DNA of 64,000 nucleotides, taken from assembly GCA_028705565.1 (NCBI GenBank), contig JAQWDH010000001.1:20363-84362 (forward strand). Reading direction: 5' to 3'. Below, piece by piece: positions 59,107 through 64,000 of the stretch. The DNA comes from Patescibacteria group bacterium. Its GTDB lineage: Bacteria > Patescibacteriota > Patescibacteriia > Magasanikbacterales > GWA2-37-8. The position numbers were made by a program, and so were the translations under genes. Within the stretch, counting starts at the first letter, position 1. Every line of letters starts with the position of its first letter. Under the pieces are notes generated by a model. That model saw nothing but the letters and a program-made list of their open reading frames with translations. It ran no database searches and was not told where the DNA came from.

Positions 59107-60540
59107 CTATATCAACAAGAAATAATCCAACGGGACTTTTACAATATTAGCATCTTCTAACAATGTCAGTTCATTATTACATATCACGATACCATACTTG
59201 GCTGAATGTACTTTTTTCATTGTATTTCTCACTTGTGTACCGAGTTTATCACCCATACCAACTTCAATTGGAATTATACTTTTTTCCGCGATGGTTAGAA
59301 TAAAGTCAGCGCCGCCTTTTGAACCGTCATGATTGAGAGCGCCGCGACTGCTGGCGACAAATTCCCGGTGTAATGTCATAGCCACGATATCTTCCATCAG
59401 GCGGCCTTTTTGACCGATGAAAATTTGTTCATTACCGGCGACAGAAAGAAACGCCGACCGCATCGCCGATGACATAAATTGATAACGGGATGGTTTTCTA
59501 ACTTTTTTGGAATTTGAGCCGTACGGCATAATGCGGATAAGCAACTCCGCCTGCTCCAGTACTTCAAGAATATTAGCGATAGTGTGCACGGTTGTCTCAA
59601 GTGTCACGGAAAGTTTTTGTACGCTTACCACATCGGATTCGGCTAATAAAAATAACACTCTTTTGATATAACCGAGTGTTTTATTATCAAAACGGCCCAA
59701 ATTCTGAACATCTTGGTTAATTACTTTGTCTAAGAGCAAGGAAATTGTTTGGTAAACCCGCACTTCATCTTTCATGCGAATTGCGAATGGTAATGTGCCA
59801 ATTTTTAAATATTCATCAACATAATGACGATCAATAGATGACCACGCGCTCATTACGCTTTGTTCATATTTTTTTAATTTTTCGTAGGCGTCTTTAGCAG
59901 AATCGGCACTAAATAAAGCTTCTTTTAAATTTCTCTTAAGATCTTTAACGGGAAATTTACCATCGCGAATCATTAAAAATTCAGTGAAACTGGTTGGAAA
60001 AAGTTTTTGGAAAATTGAACGACGAATTACATCGGGATTTGTTTGTAAAGAGACAGCCGACGAACCACTACAGACAACAAAAACTTTGTTTGATCGGTCG
60101 TAAACAGTTTTTAATACTGACGCCCACTTTGGATCGTACTGCGCTTCATCAATAAATATAAATATCGGTTTGGTAAGTTTTTCAAAACTTTCACCTATTA
60201 TTTTTTCGTAAGCTGTTAAAACATCTTTGAGAGATGAACCTAAAACATTTACCACTTCATCAAGTGAAATGTAAAGCATTCTTTGTTGGTCAACTTCTTG
60301 ATAATGATTTAGAAAAAGTTGAGCCAATATAGTGGTTTTGCCAACGCCACGAAGACCTGGAATAATAATCCACCGATCGTGGGCTTCTGGGTTATGCAAA
60401 AAATCTCTCAAGTATTTATCTATTTTAATATAGATATTTCTTTGGGGATATTTTTTGCCCTGTTCATCTTGTACATATGTTCGCAAGCGAAAGGGGATTT
60501 GGACTAACTGATTTTGTAGATATTTAAGGATTTCCTCCAT
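59107..60540 (-). CDS. AAA+ ATPase (AAA_14/DUF4143 type)
   Basis: GLRGVGKTT, IFIDEAQ, SGSS, C-terminal ADFI...IPIEV nuclease-like motif. Confidence 0.88.
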   Translation of the reverse strand: MEEILKYLQNQLVQIPFRLRTYVQDEQGKKYPQRNIYIKIDKYLRDFLHNPEAHDRWIIIPGLRGVGKTTILAQLFLNHYQEVDQQRMLYISLDEVVNVLGSSLKDVLTAYEKIIGESFEKLTKPIFIFIDEAQYDPKWASVLKTVYDRSNKVFVVCSGSSAVSLQTNPDVIRRSIFQKLFPTSFTEFLMIRDGKFPVKDLKRNLKEALFSADSAKDAYEKLKKYEQSVMSAWSSIDRHYVDEYLKIGTLPFAIRMKDEVRVYQTISLLLDKVINQDVQNLGRFDNKTLGYIKRVLFLLAESDVVSVQKLSVTLETTVHTIANILEVLEQAELLIRIMPYGSNSKKVRKPSRYQFMSSAMRSAFLSVAGNEQIFIGQKGRLMEDIVAMTLHREFVASSRGALNHDGSKGGADFILTIAEKSIIPIEVGMGDKLGTQVRNTMKKVHSAKYGIVICNNELTLLEDANIVKVPLDYFLLI

Positions 60541-60811
60541 ATATTTGTATGTTAGTTAAGTGATATAGTAATAGCACTTACTATACTACTATACTGATAT
60601 AGTAATGTCAAGGGGTAGTTTTTTTGGTTAAAATATGGGGTTTTGTGACTATTTACTAAATTGAGTAAAGAATAAGTGTCGCTTGATTAGTGATAAATTT
60701 GTTTCGGTGGTAAACAGCTGAGAATTTTTTTGGACAGATTTTTTGTGTTTTCAACATAATGTCTTTCTATCCCCGACTGGATGTCATCATTATTCTCTTA
60801 TTAATAAAAAA

Positions 60812-61591
60812 TCAGAAATCGATATCGGAAAAAACTATTTTTCCGTCTCTATATGAAAACTCCAAAGAAATTGTCATGTCGTTAACTGATTTATTTTTGC
60901 TTTTTGTTATTATATTTATAATGGTTTCTATTTTTTCTCGATATAGATTTAAAAAATTATAAATTTCTCTAATCTCTTCTTCTTTTATTAAAGAATCTTT
61001 GTCTAACTTCTTGGTTGGTTTTAAAAATTCACCAGTTTTTTTAATGAATGTCTGAAAATTTGGATCATTAACATTAACATTGTTCAATATACCGGTACTT
61101 CTTGCGCCTTTATATATATCGAGTACTTCTTGTGTGGGCAACATCTCACCTTTTTCAAATGAAATTCTTCCTGATATTTTATCTTTTGTTTTTTCGGCAG
61201 GAGTTGCTTCTTGTAATATTAAGTACTTAACACTTGAATCGCTTTCAAATAAGGTATGAATTTTTTCAACTATTTTATTTATTTCTTCATCGTTCATCTC
61301 TTTTTCTAAATAGAAAAAAGGCATAGAAAGTTTATCTGGCATACAGGCAAACCTAACAACTAGCGGGGAATCGTGTGCTTGTAATTCTTCAAATATCTTA
61401 CCTTCTAACAGTTTAATTTCTGTTTTTTCAAAATAATCTGTTTTGGGGATTGGTAGTCCAACAGTTTCCAACAATTTAGTTTTTTTTATTTTATATGGAA
61501 TTTCAGGATCATTAAATCTTTCAATCATTTTATCAACCACTAATTCTTTTGGATCACCCTGTTCATTCATTGTATATTTTTCTTGTCTCAT
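60812..61591 (-). CDS. Hypothetical protein (possible ATP-grasp-like fold)
   Basis: GLPIPKT, LVVR, ILQE, LEFSY...FSD pattern; fold call tentative. Confidence 0.6.
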   Translation of the reverse strand: MRQEKYTMNEQGDPKELVVDKMIERFNDPEIPYKIKKTKLLETVGLPIPKTDYFEKTEIKLLEGKIFEELQAHDSPLVVRFACMPDKLSMPFFYLEKEMNDEEINKIVEKIHTLFESDSSVKYLILQEATPAEKTKDKISGRISFEKGEMLPTQEVLDIYKGARSTGILNNVNVNDPNFQTFIKKTGEFLKPTKKLDKDSLIKEEEIREIYNFLNLYREKIETIINIITKSKNKSVNDMTISLEFSYRDGKIVFSDIDF

Positions 61592-61610
61592 AACATTATT
61601 TACAAAAAAT

Positions 61611-62030
61611 TTATTTTAACTTTTTGTATAGCTTATATTTATTAATAGAATTTTTATATCCCTCTCGCATGTTTAAATTTTCAACATCATCTAAAGATAC
61701 CCATGCATATTCTGTTTGTTCATCATTTAAATTATTTAATTTTATTATTGTGTCACCCATAAAGCATTCAAAGACAAGAATAATAAAATGATAATCTGTA
61801 TTATTAGCCGTTACTTCAAAAGACCAAGAGTCGATTATATCACCAATCTCAATATTTTTTAAACCTAATTCCTCCTCACATTCACGCTTTAACGCATTTT
61901 TTGGCGTCTCACTAAACTCAATACGACCGCCTGGTAGTTCCCACTTTCCCTTATGATCTTTAACAAAAAGTATTTTTTTATCACGATAGAATATCCCCTT
62001 GGTTGTCACTCTCTGAATTTGATTGTTCAT
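61611..62030 (-). CDS. NUDIX hydrolase
   Basis: WELPGGRIEFSETPKNALKRECEEELG. Confidence 0.9.
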   Translation of the reverse strand: MNNQIQRVTTKGIFYRDKKILFVKDHKGKWELPGGRIEFSETPKNALKRECEEELGLKNIEIGDIIDSWSFEVTANNTDYHFIILVFECFMGDTIIKLNNLNDEQTEYAWVSLDDVENLNMREGYKNSINKYKLYKKLK

Positions 62031-62034
62031 ATTT

Positions 62035-62919
62035 TTATATATTATTTAGTAAAATTTTATACATTGCCCAATTGTAGATATATAGACTGTAATCTTCCTT
62101 TTTTAATTTATCTGTTTTGGTTAAAATCTCTGATAACAATGTTCTCCTTTGTGTAAGATGATCCACAATTACAGAGGAGCCTTTCTCGGAGACTTTTTTT
62201 AAATCATGAAATAGACGCTTAATATCTTTATGTTGTACTGAATTATGCCAACATATCCAATCTAAAACATTTGATAAATAAATAAAATTGAAGGATTCTT
62301 TTTTAAAAATATCAGAAAGAGATTCTTTACAAAATGGATTTAAGTTAAAAATAAAAAATTTTATTAGTTGAATATTTTTTTTAACTTTTTTGTAATTTTC
62401 TTTATCGGAAAAAAAAGAACATTCTGAATTATTTTTTAATATTAAGTCTCTTTTTGTTAATTCGTGATTACGAGGAACGAATGGACGTAAAATATTTGGA
62501 ATTTTTGTGATTATTTTTCTTCTCATTAATTTTACCCACTCTGTTCTTATGCCATTTTTATTATAACCAAAGAAAATCAAAAATTCTTCATATTCTAAAT
62601 TAATTATAGAATTTTTAACAAGATAATTGTAAGCTACTTGTTTTGGTGAATAATCAAAGCCGAGTATAAACTTGGGAATGCCGTTGCTTTCGTTCAACAA
62701 ACTAAATAGTGGTATCCCGCTGCCAGAGGTGGCGAGTATTCTTTTATTATGCATATCGCCAATAAAGTCTTTTAATCTCCTAATATTTCTATTTGTCATT
62801 CTGTATTTAAAGCGTCTTTTTAGACCTTTATTAGAAAATCCAAAACATTGGTGTGTAAGGTTTATAAAATCTTCGTCGCTGTATTCTAAATAATCATTGG
62901 TACAAACTTTATTTTCCAT
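62035..62919 (-). CDS. SAM-dependent transferase, BtaA/DUF3419-like
   Basis: ILATSGSG, FDYSPKQ, FIYLSNVLDW. Confidence 0.6.
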   Translation of the reverse strand: MENKVCTNDYLEYSDEDFINLTHQCFGFSNKGLKRRFKYRMTNRNIRRLKDFIGDMHNKRILATSGSGIPLFSLLNESNGIPKFILGFDYSPKQVAYNYLVKNSIINLEYEEFLIFFGYNKNGIRTEWVKLMRRKIITKIPNILRPFVPRNHELTKRDLILKNNSECSFFSDKENYKKVKKNIQLIKFFIFNLNPFCKESLSDIFKKESFNFIYLSNVLDWICWHNSVQHKDIKRLFHDLKKVSEKGSSVIVDHLTQRRTLLSEILTKTDKLKKEDYSLYIYNWAMYKILLNNI

Positions 62920-63820
62920 ATGTTTTTATTTTAATCATTGGTGGTAATTTTTTATCCGCAATTTTTTGTTTTTTTGAAATAAAATCAGTTCCATTTTCCG
63001 ATATAAAATTTATTAATGTATCTGGTAATTTATTTGTATCTATTTTTAACCTCTTATTATCGTTAGCTATTCTTAAAAGTGTATGCAAAATATTAGAACT
63101 CATTTTGCCTAGCGAGATAACGCTTTGTAGCGCGTGGATTCTTTTTCCTAAATAAACCTGGGCAATCTCTGAACTTTTTAACTTAAAAACAGATTGGAGC
63201 AATACCGCCATTTCAACGCTATATCCTGAATAAAAATCAATCTTTTCTAAATATTTTTTTCTTCCACCATATTCACCAGACAACGGCTGGATAAAATCAA
63301 TTAATTCAGGGAATATTAAATTAATAAATGGCCTAACCATTATTTCCGTAACTCTGGCATCATTTTTGGGGCGATGATAATATCCTTTAACAAAATTAAT
63401 CTTGTTGTCCATAATCATCGGACCAACAACACCAGTTATAAATTGCTCGCCGACGTTCTGTATGTCTGTATCTATCCAAAAAATAATATCAGTATTTAAG
63501 TAGTATAAACTTGCCCACAAATTCCATCCTTTACCGCTTTGTAAAGAAACATTTATTTCTTTTGCTGATTGCTTGTCGGTAATTGTGTTAATGTTGAATT
63601 TTTTGCAAATTTCTATACTACCGTCAGACGACCCACTATCAATGGCAATAATCTCGTCTATTAAATTGTCGCATCTTTTAACGACCTGAATTGTTTTTGC
63701 TATTGTTGCTGCTTCGTTATAAATAGGCAAACACAAACCAACTGACAATTTGTTCTTTTCTTTATACGTAATTAAATCTTTTAAATTGTATTGTTTATAA
63801 CTAAAATATTTCATAATCAT
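62909..63820 (-). CDS. Glucosyl-3-phosphoglycerate synthase-like glycosyltransferase
   Basis: LPIYNEAATI, DSGSSD, GKG.NLW.SL, DTD, VKGYY.RP, RVTE..VRP, QPLSGEYGG. Confidence 0.8.
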   Translation of the reverse strand: MIMKYFSYKQYNLKDLITYKEKNKLSVGLCLPIYNEAATIAKTIQVVKRCDNLIDEIIAIDSGSSDGSIEICKKFNINTITDKQSAKEINVSLQSGKGWNLWASLYYLNTDIIFWIDTDIQNVGEQFITGVVGPMIMDNKINFVKGYYHRPKNDARVTEIMVRPFINLIFPELIDFIQPLSGEYGGRKKYLEKIDFYSGYSVEMAVLLQSVFKLKSSEIAQVYLGKRIHALQSVISLGKMSSNILHTLLRIANDNKRLKIDTNKLPDTLINFISENGTDFISKKQKIADKKLPPMIKIKTYGK

Positions 63821-64000
63821 TCGTTTAATAATGAAATTCCATTTTTTAATTTAGGTAAATTGAAATTGGAACAAATAGTTTGTCCTACGTCCGCAAAGGT
63901 ATTTCTGATTCCTAAATCCTTGCCCGTATTCAACGATTTAGAATATAAGAGTATAGGAACAAATTCTCTAGTATGTCCTCTTAAATTTATTGTAGGATCA
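63817..64000 (-). CDS. Phosphopentomutase-like protein, C-terminal part (runs off the window)
   Basis: DPT...GHTREFVPILLY...LGIRNTFADVGQTI; stop overlaps the next ATG. Confidence 0.75.
   Translation of the reverse strand, partial: DPTINLRGHTREFVPILLYSKSLNTGKDLGIRNTFADVGQTICSNFNLPKLKNGISLLNE

Noticed and set aside
57274-59160. Paralogous ORFs 57274-57567 and 58900-59160 (MGEENGD...)
   Set aside because: Translations of the attC-containing direct repeat, antisense to the cassette genes.

Overview
64 kb of an AT-rich bacterial chromosome read in the standard genetic code. Gene content points to a Patescibacteria/CPR (Parcubacteria-like) organism; this is inferred from the TrbC/VirB2-like pilin array, class III RNR, insertion-laden unlinked 23S-5S locus and many short palindromes. 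Housekeeping content: MacAB-like exporter, ruvB, nrdDG, a type IV pseudopilin cluster, galU, rpsO-NYN-pnp, 2-oxoacid:ferredoxin oxidoreductase, six tRNAs, a 23S rRNA with a group I intron/LAGLIDADG endonuclease at position 2500 plus five non-coding hairpin insertions, and 5S rRNA. The best candidate for an undescribed system is a minus-strand unit at about 21.6-23.7 kb next to tRNA-Leu(TAA). It runs: consensus sigma70 promoter and boxA, P-loop ATPase, Csx3/Crn3-like ring nuclease (no CRISPR-Cas in the window), an intact type III hammerhead ribozyme (22372-22422), three conserved hairpin repeats bracketing two small orphan ORFs, terminator. Also notable: two attC-like sites around a Fic cassette, two low-GC sugar/nucleotide-modifying islands, an initiator tRNA with C33/U73, and several dispersed repeat families. 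All calls are by eye; no database searches were run.
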